A DNA stretch of 64,000 nucleotides, taken from assembly GCA_963805375.1 (NCBI GenBank), contig CAWDUB010000008.1, forward strand, positions 368,069-432,068, in the 5' to 3' direction. Origin of the DNA: an uncultured Alphaproteobacteria bacterium (GTDB lineage Bacteria > Pseudomonadota > Alphaproteobacteria > Rhizobiales > Xanthobacteraceae). The position numbers and the translations under genes are program-made. Positions 26,576 to 36,361 of the stretch are shown here, piece after piece. The notes beneath the pieces were generated by a model. It was not told the DNA's origin and made no database searches. It worked only from the letters and a program-made list of their open reading frames with translations. Positions within the stretch are counted from its first letter, which is position 1. Every line of letters starts with the position of its first letter.

Positions 26576-27673
26576 ATGCGCTCGACCGAAGGCATTTATT
26601 ACTCGCGGCTCGACCATGTGCGGGCCTTCGCCGCCTATCTGGTCTTCATGTGGCATTTCCTGCACATGACGCCGCACTTTCCGGTTCCCTACGCGTCGAA
26701 CCCGGTATTCCCCTTCGCGTTGCTCGACGAAGGCCACACCGGCGTCGCGCTTTTTATGACGCTGTCCGGCTATCTCTTCGCCAAGTTGGTCGGCGATCAC
26801 GGCATCGATTTCGGCAACTTCCTGTGGAGCCGCACGGTGCGGCTGGCGCCACTGCTGATCGTGTGCATCGCCGCCTGGTGCGCGATCGCCTGGTTTGCCG
26901 GCGCCCCGCTGCCGCTGAGCGACATTCTCGGCGGCGTGCTGTTTCCGACCTGGCCGCGCGGCACCTGGTCGATTTCCATCGAGTTGCACTTCTATCTGCT
27001 GTTTCCGCTGCTGCTGCTGCTGTTCCGCAAGCACGGGCCTTTCGCACTCTTGAGCGTGGTCGCGTTTGCGATGCTGCTGCGCTACGAGTGGTGGCGCAGC
27101 TACGGCGAGGCGCAGCACATCGCCTATTGGACCATCGTCGGGCGCATCGACCAGTTCGTCTTCGGTATGCTCTTCGCGCTGGTGCCCATCCGCCGCAATG
27201 TGATCAACGTTACCGCCGGCATTGCGTTCGTCTCGTTCCTGATCCTGTGGACCGAATTCGACCGCATGGGCGGCTACTATCATTACAACGGCACGCCGTC
27301 GCCGAGCCTGCTGTGGATCTTCATTCCGACCGTCGAGGCAATCACCTGGGGCTCGCTGATCGCCTGGTACGACGGCACGACGTTCAAGATGCCGGCGTGG
27401 CTCGACCGTCCGCTCGCCAAGGTCGGCGAGTGGTCTTATTCGATCTATCTGCTGCACTTCTTTCCGATCGTTCTGCTGCGCAATATCTTCTGGGACCGCA
27501 TCGGTAGCGCCGACAACTTCTTTCTCGCGCTGATCATCGGCAATTTCGCCTTCCTCGCCTTCCTGCCGGTGGCGGGGCTGTCCTACACTTATTTTGAAAA
27601 AATCTTCCTGGTCTACCGCAAGCACTATCTGCGCGCGCCGGCGGCACAGGCAGCGCACGTCCCGTCGCGCTAA
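26576..27673 (+). CDS. Acyltransferase family 3 (OafA-like) membrane O-acyltransferase
   Basis: LDHVRAFA, GVALFMTLSGYL, WSISIELHFY, GEWSYSIYLLH. Confidence 0.88.
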   Translation: MRSTEGIYYSRLDHVRAFAAYLVFMWHFLHMTPHFPVPYASNPVFPFALLDEGHTGVALFMTLSGYLFAKLVGDHGIDFGNFLWSRTVRLAPLLIVCIAAWCAIAWFAGAPLPLSDILGGVLFPTWPRGTWSISIELHFYLLFPLLLLLFRKHGPFALLSVVAFAMLLRYEWWRSYGEAQHIAYWTIVGRIDQFVFGMLFALVPIRRNVINVTAGIAFVSFLILWTEFDRMGGYYHYNGTPSPSLLWIFIPTVEAITWGSLIAWYDGTTFKMPAWLDRPLAKVGEWSYSIYLLHFFPIVLLRNIFWDRIGSADNFFLALIIGNFAFLAFLPVAGLSYTYFEKIFLVYRKHYLRAPAAQAAHVPSR

Positions 27674-28242
27674 CCCTTGTCTTTCTCAGGGTCGCGCGCG
27701 TAGCGGACGAGCAGTGGATATTGCAGCGCGCCGAACAAAAACGTCAGCGGCATCGCGCCAAAAAACTTGAAGCTGACCCAGACGTTGGTTGAAAAATTGC
27801 GCCAGACGATTTCGTTCACAACCGCCATTGCCAGGAAGAAAATGGCCCAGCGCCAGGTCAGCTTGCGCCAGCCCTCATCGGTCAGATCGAACATCGATTC
27901 GAACAGGATGCCGATAAACGACTTACCGAAAGCGAGCCCGGCCAGCAGCGTGCCGCCGAACAAAACGTAAATGACGGTCGGCTTGATTTTGATGAAGGTT
28001 TCATCGTGCAGGTAGATCGTCAGCCCGCCGAACACCAGCACGATACCGGCCGTGACCAGCGGCATGATGGCGAGATGCCGGGTGATCCCATAGGAGACGG
28101 CGAGCGCGATCAGCACCGCCACCATGAAGATGCCGGTCGCGGCGAAGATGCCGAGCGCCGCATTAACCGCGAAGAACAGCGCCAGCGGCCCGATGTCGAG
28201 CACCAGCTTGAGAATGGGATTGAGTTGCGTCTTGGCGGGCAT
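27670..28242 (-). CDS. yciB: Intracellular septation protein A (YciB/IspZ)
   Basis: FIKIKPT, GWRKLTWRW, NEIVWRNFST, WVSFKFFG. Confidence 0.9.
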   Translation of the reverse strand: MPAKTQLNPILKLVLDIGPLALFFAVNAALGIFAATGIFMVAVLIALAVSYGITRHLAIMPLVTAGIVLVFGGLTIYLHDETFIKIKPTVIYVLFGGTLLAGLAFGKSFIGILFESMFDLTDEGWRKLTWRWAIFFLAMAVVNEIVWRNFSTNVWVSFKFFGAMPLTFLFGALQYPLLVRYARDPEKDKG

Positions 28243-28246
28243 GTTT

Positions 28247-29176
28247 TCAGGATTCCAGCCCCACCACCGCCCTGGCAAAATCCCGCGCCGTGAACGGCGC
28301 TAAGTCGTCGACGCCCTCGCCGACGCCGACAAAATGCACCGGCAGCTTGAAGCGCGCGGCGATCGCTACCAGGATGCCGCCGCGCGCGGTGCCGTCGAGC
28401 TTCGTCATGACCAGCCCGGTGACGCCGGCGGTCTTGCCGAAAATGTCCACCTGATTAAGCGCGTTCTGCCCGACGGTGGCATCGAGCACCAAGAGCACAG
28501 CATGCGGCGCGTCGGCTTGCACTTTGCGCATTACGCGCACCATCTTTTCCAGTTCGCCCATCAGCTCGGCGCGGTTCTGCAAGCGGCCGGCGGTATCGAC
28601 CAGCACGATGTCGACGTTTTCCGCCTTGGCGGTCGTCAGCGCATCGAAGGCGAGGCCCGCTGCATCGGCGCCCGGCGTACTGGCGACGACGCGGGCGCCG
28701 CTGCGCTCGCCCCAGATTTTTAGTTGATCGATGGCCGCGGCGCGAAAGGTGTCGCCCGCCACCAGCATCACCGACTTTCCTTCTTTGCGGTATTTGGCGG
28801 CAAGCTTGCCGATGGTCGTGGTCTTGCCCGAGCCATTGACGCCGGCGACCAAAATTATGAATGGCCGCGCGGTGATCTCTAGCCGCTGGGCCACCGGCGC
28901 CAACACCTTCTCGATCTCGCCGGCCAGCAGCGCTTTCACTTCCTCCGGCGTGATCGCCTTCTCGAAACGGCCCTCGCCGAAGGCCGCGGCGATGCGCTCG
29001 GCCACCTCCGGCCCCAAGTCGGCGCGGATCAGTTCGTGTTCCAGTTCCTCCACCGACGCGGCATCGAGCTTGCGCTTGCTGACCAGATCGCCGATGGCGC
29101 CGCCGAGCGCGGAGGATGTGCGCTTCAAGCCGCCGCTCAGGCGTTTCCACCAGCTTGTCTGTGTGCTGTCGTTCAT
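28247..29176 (-). CDS. ftsY: SRP receptor GTPase
   Basis: GVNGSGKTTTIGKLA, DTAGR, TKLDGTARGG. Confidence 0.97.
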   Translation of the reverse strand: MNDSTQTSWWKRLSGGLKRTSSALGGAIGDLVSKRKLDAASVEELEHELIRADLGPEVAERIAAAFGEGRFEKAITPEEVKALLAGEIEKVLAPVAQRLEITARPFIILVAGVNGSGKTTTIGKLAAKYRKEGKSVMLVAGDTFRAAAIDQLKIWGERSGARVVASTPGADAAGLAFDALTTAKAENVDIVLVDTAGRLQNRAELMGELEKMVRVMRKVQADAPHAVLLVLDATVGQNALNQVDIFGKTAGVTGLVMTKLDGTARGGILVAIAARFKLPVHFVGVGEGVDDLAPFTARDFARAVVGLES

Positions 29177-29231
29177 GCCGGAGCCGTGATAGCCGTTTCG
29201 GCATGACACTGAAAGCCGGGATCGTTCATCG

Positions 29232-29318
29232 GTCATTCCGGGGCGCGAGTGCAGCTCGCGAACCCGGAATCCAGACCTGGATTCCGGGTCCGGCGCTAAC
29301 GCGCCGTCCCGGAATGAC
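29232..29318. repeat. Family B REP-like double hairpin
   Basis: gtcattccggg..aacccggaatccag-ac-ctggattccgggt..cccggaatgac. Confidence 0.9.
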
Positions 29319-29327
29319 GGGGGATTA

Positions 29328-30026
29328 ATGACACCGGAAGAGATGCTCGCCCGCCTGCTCTACCGCGACGGGCTGATGCTGGTGATCGACAAGCCGGCCG
29401 GCATCGCCGTGCACCGCGGGCCGAAGGGCGGCATCGCACTCGACGATTATTTCGACGCGTTGCGCTTCGGCCTGCCCCGCGACCCGGCGCTGGCGCACCG
29501 ACTCGACCGCGACACCTCCGGCTGCCTGGTGCTCGGCCGCCACCGCAAGGCGCTGGCGCTGCTCGGCAAGCTGTTCAAGCAGGGCAAGGTCGGCAAGACC
29601 TATTGGGCCATTGTCGAAGGCGGGCCCGACGCCGACGAGGGCCGCATCGATATTCCGCTCGGCAAGCTCGACGTCGAGCGCGGCTGGTGGATGAAGCCGG
29701 ATCCGCACGGCGCGCCTGCGGTGAGTACGTGGAAGGTGATGGGGCGCGGCGACGGCCTGACCTGGCTCGCACTTGAGCCACTGACCGGGCGCACGCATCA
29801 ACTGCGCGTGCATTGCGCCGAGATGGGCTTCCCGGTTCTCGGCGACAACATCTACGGCCGCGCCCCGCGTAATTCAGTTTCCTTGGGCGGCCCGCCGCTG
29901 CATCTGCATTCGCGCGAGATCGTGGTGCCGATTGCCAAGAACAAGCCGCCGGTGAAAGTCAGCGCGGCGGTGCCGGCGCATCTGCAGGAGATGCTGCGCG
30001 CCTGCGGGTGGAGCGGCGAGAGTTAG
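29328..30026 (+). CDS. RluA family RNA pseudouridine synthase
   Basis: DKPAG, HRLDRDTSG, TGRTHQLRVH. Confidence 0.93.
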   Translation: MTPEEMLARLLYRDGLMLVIDKPAGIAVHRGPKGGIALDDYFDALRFGLPRDPALAHRLDRDTSGCLVLGRHRKALALLGKLFKQGKVGKTYWAIVEGGPDADEGRIDIPLGKLDVERGWWMKPDPHGAPAVSTWKVMGRGDGLTWLALEPLTGRTHQLRVHCAEMGFPVLGDNIYGRAPRNSVSLGGPPLHLHSREIVVPIAKNKPPVKVSAAVPAHLQEMLRACGWSGES

Positions 30027-30067
30027 GGCATGTCGTCATAGATTGAGGCTGGTAAACAACGGCTCGC

Positions 30068-30144
30068 CAATGTCCGGTGTTACTCAGAGAGCGGACTCAA
30101 TGTTGCGGTGCCGCGATTGTCCGCTATGTGCCACAGTCAGACAT
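30068..30144. repeat. Family C repeat units (ATGTCCG..CGGAC type), left border of island
   Basis: caatgtccggtgttactcagagagcggac ... ttgtccgctatgtgccacagtcagacat. Confidence 0.6.
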
Positions 30145-30234
30145 CGAGGAACAAAACAACCGAGCGGCGGTTCGCGTCCAAATAAACTCGTCCGGTTGAA
30201 ATTACCGAAATAGCTTGATTTCCGTCTTCTTGCC

Positions 30235-30411
30235 TTAGTGTCGCGACGCAATCTCTATCGCATTGAGATTCAACGGCGATGCGATCGAAATCGCAACTAT
30301 CGCTAAATAGAAGCCGACCCATATTATGCCCGCAACCATCTCGCCCGACGTTGGGTAACCGCTTTTGGCTTGCTTTGATTGGGTCGTTTGTTGTTCGTTT
30401 GTGGTCGTCAT
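30235..30411 (-). CDS. Small (58 aa) single-TM hypothetical protein
   Basis: aaggag SD before MTTTNEQ; hydrophobic VAGIIWVGFYLAIVAISIA. Confidence 0.6.
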   Translation of the reverse strand: MTTTNEQQTTQSKQAKSGYPTSGEMVAGIIWVGFYLAIVAISIASPLNLNAIEIASRH

Positions 30412-30552
30412 CGAAGTCTCCTTTTGCAATTCCAAGAATCGGCCTGTACTCGGCCTTAGACCCCTCCGATGAAACTTGATCATCATGCTGCCCCTAGAAC
30501 TAGAGCACAACATTATTGTTTTAATGAAAATGATAATGTAGCTTTATAGTGG

Positions 30553-31452
30553 ATGCGCAGCCTGAACCTCGATCAACTCAGAGCTTTCGTCGAAGTCGCC
30601 AACCGTGGCAGCTTCACTGCTGCGGCAAAGGTGCTAAATCTCTCGCAGCCCGCAATCACCCATCAGGTGCAGGAACTGGAACGCCGGTTCAAGGTCGCGC
30701 TCTTAGAGCGAATCGGCAAGCGAGCCTACCCTACGCACGCTGGCGAGAGCCTTATTGAACATGCTCGTCATCTCTTAGAAGAAGACGCGCGCACAGCCGT
30801 GAGTATGCGGAGGTTCAATGACGGATGGCTCGGCCGAGTGCGTATCGGCACCAGCATGACTGTCCTTGTGTACGCGCTGCCGCCGATCTTGCGAAAGATT
30901 AAAACTGAGCATCCCCAATTGGACTTGCATCTCAAAGCGGGTCTGACGGCGACAACCCTGCAAATGCTCAAGACGAATGACTTAGACCTCGGCTTGTGTG
31001 CCATTCCCATCAATGATCCGGCGTTTGAAATAACCCCATTGTTCGACGACGAGCTATTCGCCATTTTTCCTGCCCACCAAAAAAATGTGCCCAAAAAAGT
31101 GACGCCCGCCTTTCTTTCGCGGAGTCCGCTCATTCTGGGCAACGAGACCTCCGCACTGCGTCAAACCGTAAACGACTGGCTCGCACTTGCCGGGCCGCCG
31201 CCGAAGCCCGTCATGGAGTTCGACAACGTCGAAGCGATTAAGAGCTTGGTGGCCGTGGGACTGGGGGCTTCGATTATCCCCCGTCTTGCCTTAGGAAATG
31301 TCTCGACTAGGAACATGCAAGTCGCCGCGATTAGGCCACGCGCAAAACGGCGGATCGGGTTGGTTCAACTAAAGGGCAAGCGAATAACGGAGGGCATAAA
31401 ACTCGTTGCCAACATATTGTTGTCACTGCGCCGCTTTGGCAATCGACGTTGA
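30553..31452 (+). CDS. LysR family transcriptional regulator
   Basis: N-terminal HTH GSFTAAAKVLNLSQPAITHQVQELE; atypical codon usage. Confidence 0.93.
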   Translation: MRSLNLDQLRAFVEVANRGSFTAAAKVLNLSQPAITHQVQELERRFKVALLERIGKRAYPTHAGESLIEHARHLLEEDARTAVSMRRFNDGWLGRVRIGTSMTVLVYALPPILRKIKTEHPQLDLHLKAGLTATTLQMLKTNDLDLGLCAIPINDPAFEITPLFDDELFAIFPAHQKNVPKKVTPAFLSRSPLILGNETSALRQTVNDWLALAGPPPKPVMEFDNVEAIKSLVAVGLGASIIPRLALGNVSTRNMQVAAIRPRAKRRIGLVQLKGKRITEGIKLVANILLSLRRFGNRR

Positions 31453-31754
31453 TTCTAACTAATGCCTGTGCCTATTCGATCATCCTGTTTATGTACTTTT
31501 AATGCGACCGCTGCTCGACCGTCTCGTATGTTGTCTCGGCACGGCGGGTCTCTCGCATCAATCCTCCGGCCGTGCTGTGTGATGCCTTAGGCCCCCGGCA
31601 AGTTGCCTCCCCGCCGGGGTCTATTTTTTATTGAATGGAATGCGGCTGACCGCCGCTATAAGCCGCGGGGCGTTTGGGTCATAGTGTTGGGCTATCGCGG
31701 GGAAGTCCGCCACTGATGGCTAGCTCAATTATTGACGTTTTGACCCGCGATGCG

Positions 31755-31835
31755 ATGTCCGTTCCGGGTCATTCGCGGACAAGCCGTTTCGTGCCCGCTT
31801 TGACCAATGTCTGCTGTTACTCCAGCAACGGACAT
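31755..31835. repeat. Family C repeat units, right border of island
   Basis: atgtccgttccgggtcattcgcggaca ... caatgtctgctgttactccagcaacggacat. Confidence 0.6.
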
Positions 31836-31936
31836 GGGCGCTGGGTCGTGCTCGGGGCGGGCTTTTCCCTCGCACTTTTAGCCGCGCTCTAGGCAGCCTT
31901 TCATGTCGCTCAGGGACGCAACATCGCCTCCCAAGC

Positions 31937-31965
31937 GGGATGGCCGGGTCAAGCCCGGCCATGAC
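31937..31965. repeat. Family B solo arm
   Basis: gggatggccgggtcaagcccggccatgac matches the right arm of 17976-18086. Confidence 0.8.
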
Positions 31966-31973
31966 GGCAACTG

Positions 31974-32597
31974 TCAATAAAGCTGCGCCTTGTGCCGCTC
32001 CGGCAACTCGCGATCGTACTGTTCGCCGCCGAGTTTGCCCTGGCTCAATTCGGCGATGATGGCCCCGGTCGACGGCAGGCTCCTGCGGTCGATTTTGGTG
32101 GCTTCATCCCACAATTTCGAGCGCACGATCGCCTTGGCGCAATGAAAGAAGATCGTCTCGATATGGACGACCAGCACGCTGCGCGGCAGCTTGCCGTTGA
32201 TGGCGAAGCTTTGCATCAGCGCAGGATCGACCGAAATGCTGGCGCGGCCGTTGACGCGCAGCGTCTCGCCGACGCCGGGGATCAAAAACAGCAGCGCGAT
32301 GCGCGGGTCGCGCACGATGTTGCGGAAGCCGTCGATGCGGTTGTTGCCGGGACGGTCTGGAATGGCCAGCGTCTTGTCGTCGAGGATACGCACGAAGCCG
32401 GCAGGGTCACCCTTGGGCGAGCAATCGAGTCCTTCCGGGCCGCTGGTGGCGATCGCGACAAAGGGTGCCGCCTCGATCAGCTTGCGGTAGCCGTCGTTGA
32501 TGTGATCGATCTCCTTGATCACCGAGGTCGGCACCTTCTCGCCGTAGAGCTGCTCGAGCTGCTGCATGGTCGTGACGAGATGATCGCTTGCGTTCAT
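31974..32597 (-). CDS. Pyridoxamine 5'-phosphate oxidase-like FMN-binding protein
   Basis: DCSPKGD, PDRPGNNRID, ETLRVNGRA, HCAKAIVRS. Confidence 0.85.
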   Translation of the reverse strand: MNASDHLVTTMQQLEQLYGEKVPTSVIKEIDHINDGYRKLIEAAPFVAIATSGPEGLDCSPKGDPAGFVRILDDKTLAIPDRPGNNRIDGFRNIVRDPRIALLFLIPGVGETLRVNGRASISVDPALMQSFAINGKLPRSVLVVHIETIFFHCAKAIVRSKLWDEATKIDRRSLPSTGAIIAELSQGKLGGEQYDRELPERHKAQLY

Positions 32598-32605
32598 TTG
32601 TCCTT

Positions 32606-33820
32606 TCACGCGGCCTGCAATTGGCGGCCATCGTGCCCCATCATGGTGAGATCAAGAACAGTTCCCGGTCCGGCCGTTGCGGCAAGCCGCACCGGGATGA
32701 ATTGTTCTGTGCGCCCGACGGCGGAAGATTCCGCCATCACGCGGCGTTGCGCACCCACTTCGCGGTCGAGATGGCGCGCGAGCGCCGCCTCGCCCTTTTC
32801 GCGCAGACGGCGCGCCCGCTCTTTGACCAGCGTACGATCGAGCTGCGTCATGCGCGCAGCCGGCGTACCGGGACGCGGCGAGAACGGAAAGACGTGAAGC
32901 TGCGTCAAGCCGCATTCGTCCACCAGATCGAGCGAGCGCGCGAACATATCCTCGCTCTCGGTCGGGAAGCCGGCGATGATGTCGGCGCCGAACGCCATGT
33001 CGGGGCGCTGGCGCCGCAGCAAATCGCAAAAGGCGATGGCATCCTTACGCGAATGCCGCCGCTTCATGCGCTTGAGGATCAGATCATCGCCGGCCTGCAG
33101 AGACAGATGCAGATGCGGCATCAATCTAGGTTCATCGCTCAGCGCGTCGATCAGATCGGCGTCGGCTTCCACCGAGTTGATCGACGACAGCCGCAGGCGC
33201 GTCAGCTCAGGCACGTCTTTGAGAATCCGCTTCACCAGCGCGCCGAGTGGCGCCCCCGACGCGTGGTAGCTGGTGATGTCCACGCCGGTGAGCACCACCT
33301 CGCGATAGCCGTTTTCGGTGAGCCGCCGCACCTGCGCCACCACGTCATCCATCGGCAGCGATCGCGAATTGCCGCGGCCGAACGGAATGATGCAGAAAGT
33401 GCAGCGGTGGTCGCAGCCGTTCTGCACCTGCACGAAGGCGCGGGCGCGGCCGTCGAGGCCGTCCACCGCGTGCAACCGTTGCTTCGTCACCGCCATGATG
33501 TCGCCGACGACAACACGCTCGCCACTCGCCCACGAACGCGCATCGAATTTTTCCTCATTGCCAATGACGCGGTCGACCTCCGCCATCGAAGCGAAAATCT
33601 CCGGCGTCGTCTGCGCCGCGCAGCCGGTGACGACGATCGAGGCGTTAGGACGCTCGCGCCTGATGCGGCGAATGCTTTGCCTGGCCTGGCGTACGGCTTC
33701 CGCCGTCACCGCGCAGGTGTTCACCACCACCGCGTCGCTTAAATTTGCGGCTCCACGCCGGATCGCTTCCGACTCGTAGGCGTTGAGCCGGCAGCCGAAG
33801 GTGACGACGTCCACGCTCAT
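32606..33820 (-). CDS. mtaB: tRNA threonylcarbamoyladenosine methylthiotransferase
   Basis: [25 protein letters not shown] radical SAM motif. Confidence 0.93.
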   Translation of the reverse strand: MSVDVVTFGCRLNAYESEAIRRGAANLSDAVVVNTCAVTAEAVRQARQSIRRIRRERPNASIVVTGCAAQTTPEIFASMAEVDRVIGNEEKFDARSWASGERVVVGDIMAVTKQRLHAVDGLDGRARAFVQVQNGCDHRCTFCIIPFGRGNSRSLPMDDVVAQVRRLTENGYREVVLTGVDITSYHASGAPLGALVKRILKDVPELTRLRLSSINSVEADADLIDALSDEPRLMPHLHLSLQAGDDLILKRMKRRHSRKDAIAFCDLLRRQRPDMAFGADIIAGFPTESEDMFARSLDLVDECGLTQLHVFPFSPRPGTPAARMTQLDRTLVKERARRLREKGEAALARHLDREVGAQRRVMAESSAVGRTEQFIPVRLAATAGPGTVLDLTMMGHDGRQLQAA

Positions 33821-34686
33821 GGCACCGGCGCCTTGGCAAACAGCGCCGGGTCGAACTTGCCCTCGAACTCGAACGCGACCGGGCCGGTCATCAGCACGTG
33901 GTTGTCCTTCTCGCGCCATTCGATAGTGAGTTCGCCGCCCGGCAAGATCACCGTCGCCTTGCGCTCCGCGCGCTTGAGCCGCGCGGCGGCGACCAATGTC
34001 GCGCAGGCGGCCGAGCCGCAGGCCTGCGTCAGGCCGGCGCCGCGCTCCCATGTGCGGATGATGATGCGATCGCGCGAAAAAATATGGGCCAGTGTGATAT
34101 TGGCGCGCTCGGGGAAAATCGGATGGTTTTCCAGCAGTGGCCCGAATTTGTGCAGGTCGTAGGCGGCGACGTCGTCGACCCAGAAGATCGCGTGCGGGTT
34201 GCCCATGTTGACGACCGACGGCGAATGCAGCACCGGCTTGTCGATCGGGCCGATCTGCAATTCGATGGCGCGGGTGTCGCGGAATTCTTCGGCTAGTGGA
34301 ATTTCGTTCCATGCGAAACGCGGCACGCCCATGTCCACGGTGAACAGGCCGCCCTCGCCGCGCCAGCAGTTCAAAACGCCGGCCGTGGTTTCGAACGTCA
34401 GCGTGCTCTTGCCGCTCTGCTTGGCGATGAGATCGGCGACGCAACGCATGCCGTTGCCGCAAGCGCCGGCTTCCGATCCGTCATTATTGTAGATGCGGAT
34501 GAATGCCTCGCTGCCGGGGCTGCGCGGCGGATAAAGCGCCATCAGCTGGTCGTAGGGGATGTCCTGCGCCACCGCGCGCGCTTCCTCCGGCTCGATCTTG
34601 GCGGCGTGCGCGCGCAGATCGACCACGACGATCTCGTTGCCGATGCCGTTCATTTTCACAAAGGACTGGTTGGCCAGCGCGCCCAT
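33817..34686 (-). CDS. dapF: Diaminopimelate epimerase
   Basis: [32 protein letters not shown]. Confidence 0.96.
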   Translation of the reverse strand: MGALANQSFVKMNGIGNEIVVVDLRAHAAKIEPEEARAVAQDIPYDQLMALYPPRSPGSEAFIRIYNNDGSEAGACGNGMRCVADLIAKQSGKSTLTFETTAGVLNCWRGEGGLFTVDMGVPRFAWNEIPLAEEFRDTRAIELQIGPIDKPVLHSPSVVNMGNPHAIFWVDDVAAYDLHKFGPLLENHPIFPERANITLAHIFSRDRIIIRTWERGAGLTQACGSAACATLVAAARLKRAERKATVILPGGELTIEWREKDNHVLMTGPVAFEFEGKFDPALFAKAPVP

Positions 34687-34815
34687 CTTCCCCGCCGCAA
34701 TCGGGCCTTGCCCGGGTTTCGCCCGGTTTATATGGCGAATGGCCACGGATTGACCAGAGCCGTGCTAAAGTGCGGCAAGACCCGGACTGCCGCGTCCCTG
34801 CCACGGAGAACCGCT

Positions 34816-35400
34816 ATGTCGTGCCTACGCCTGGCGGCGTCGATTGCCTTGCTGCTCTGGATCGCCCCGGCGCTGGCGCAGCCGGTGTCGCCGACGCCGC
34901 CGGCCGAGCCGAACGCGCCCATGCCGCTGCAATCCGGCGATGCCTTCGGCGTGGAAGTGACGCTGCCGGAGCGCACCATGATCTATCTCAAAGGTCACAG
35001 CAGCTGGGATGACGCCTTCGGCTCGCTGGTCGACGCTTTCAAGTCGCTCAAGGAATATCTCGACAAGCAGGGCATCAAGCCGAACGGTCTGGCCATGACC
35101 ATCTACACCAAGACCGACGACGCCGGTTTCGATTTCGAGGCGGCGATGCCGGTCGCCGAGGCGCCGAAGGACCCGCCGAAGGGCGACCTCGCCGTCGGCC
35201 CGGCGCCATCCGGCAAGATGCTCAAATTCGTCCACCGCGGTTCCTACGATTCGATGAGCACAACTTATGAAGCGATAACCAATTATCTAGACGACAAGCA
35301 GCTCGAGGCCAAAGAGGCGTTCATCGAGGAATATGCTTCCGACCTCTTGACCGCAGATCAGGATAATCTAGTGGTCAATGTTTTGGTGCCGGTGAAATGA
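34816..35400 (+). CDS. Secreted GyrI-like small-molecule-binding protein
   Basis: Signal peptide; FVHRGSYD...YEAI..YL, EEY motif. Confidence 0.75.
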   Translation: MSCLRLAASIALLLWIAPALAQPVSPTPPAEPNAPMPLQSGDAFGVEVTLPERTMIYLKGHSSWDDAFGSLVDAFKSLKEYLDKQGIKPNGLAMTIYTKTDDAGFDFEAAMPVAEAPKDPPKGDLAVGPAPSGKMLKFVHRGSYDSMSTTYEAITNYLDDKQLEAKEAFIEEYASDLLTADQDNLVVNVLVPVK

Positions 35401-36080
35401 TCAAATCGACCTCTCGCCTTCTGTTCATCGTGTTCTTCGCGGCCGCGCCGATTTTTCCGGCGCAGGCGATCGACAAACTGGTGACCGTCACCGGCGAGGC
35501 GTCGCTGTCGGTTGCGCCCGATGCCGCGGTGATCCGCATCGGCGTCACCAGCGTGGGCAAGACCGCCAAGGCCGCGAGCGAAATCAACACCAAGGAAATG
35601 ACGGCCGTGCTGGCGGCGATCAAGGCCAGCGGCATCGCCGAACGCGACATTCAAACTTCGCGCCTGTCGCTGCAGCCGCAATACGATCCCAACAAAGCCG
35701 GCACCGCCCGCCTGCTCGGATTCCAGGTGACCAATCAGCTCACCGTCACCATCCGCGACATCGGCAAACTGCCCGAGCTTCTCGACAGCGCGGTCGGCGC
35801 CGGTGCCAACGAGATGTCGGGCATCGAATTCATCGTGTCGAAGCAATCGAACCTGCTCGATCAGGCGCGCGGCGAGGCCATCGCCGACGCACACCGCAAG
35901 GCCGAGCTTTATGCCAAGGCCGCCGGAGCAAAAATCGGTCCTGTTTTGGCGATCACCGAAGAAGGCGCCTCGCCGCCGCATCCGGTGATGAAGGCGCTAC
36001 GTGCCGGCGCGGTCCCCATTGCCCCCGGCGAACAGACGCTGCGCGCCTCGGTGACCGTGAGCTACGAGTTAATGCCGTAA
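35397..36080 (+). CDS. SIMPL (DUF541/YggE) domain protein
   Basis: VTVTGEA..APD, DIQTS, AIADA..KAELYA, IAPGEQ. Confidence 0.88.
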   Translation: MIKSTSRLLFIVFFAAAPIFPAQAIDKLVTVTGEASLSVAPDAAVIRIGVTSVGKTAKAASEINTKEMTAVLAAIKASGIAERDIQTSRLSLQPQYDPNKAGTARLLGFQVTNQLTVTIRDIGKLPELLDSAVGAGANEMSGIEFIVSKQSNLLDQARGEAIADAHRKAELYAKAAGAKIGPVLAITEEGASPPHPVMKALRAGAVPIAPGEQTLRASVTVSYELMP

Positions 36081-36179
36081 TTTGGGCCGCGCCTTGACTT
36101 GACCCTGCCCGGTCCCTAGGTTCCGCCCGTCTTCGCTTAAGACGTGAAATACAAGTTCGCCGCCCGGTCCTTGAGAGGC

Positions 36180-36226
36180 CGGAGGCCCCCGCCCGACAGC
36201 GCGATGCGCCCTCGGGCGCAAAATGT
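36180..36226 (+). ncRNA. Probable alphaproteobacterial ffh leader RNA
   Basis: cccgacagcgcgatgcgccctcgggcgcaaaa upstream of ffh resembles the ffh leader family (from recall; Rfam not run). Confidence 0.6.
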
Positions 36227-36239
36227 GTTTGCGATCCTC

Positions 36240-36351
36240 TCTTCACCTCTCCCCTCTGGGGAGATCGGGTGAGTGAGAAACTGAATTCGAGGGTGTAACC
36301 CCTCACCCGACCGCTTCGCGGTCGACCTCTCCCAAAGGGAGAGGTGGAAGA
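36240..36351. repeat. Family A element in the ffh 5' UTR (left arm internally deleted)
   Basis: tcttcacctctcccctctggggaga..gggtgag ... cccctcacccgaccgcttcgcggtcgacctctcccaaagggagaggtggaaga. Confidence 0.87.
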
Positions 36352-36361
36352 AAGAGAGCTG

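Noticed and set aside
32606-34462. 618-aa N-terminally extended MtaB
   Set aside because: The extension overlaps dapF in another frame; the real start at 33820 overlaps the dapF stop (ATGA).
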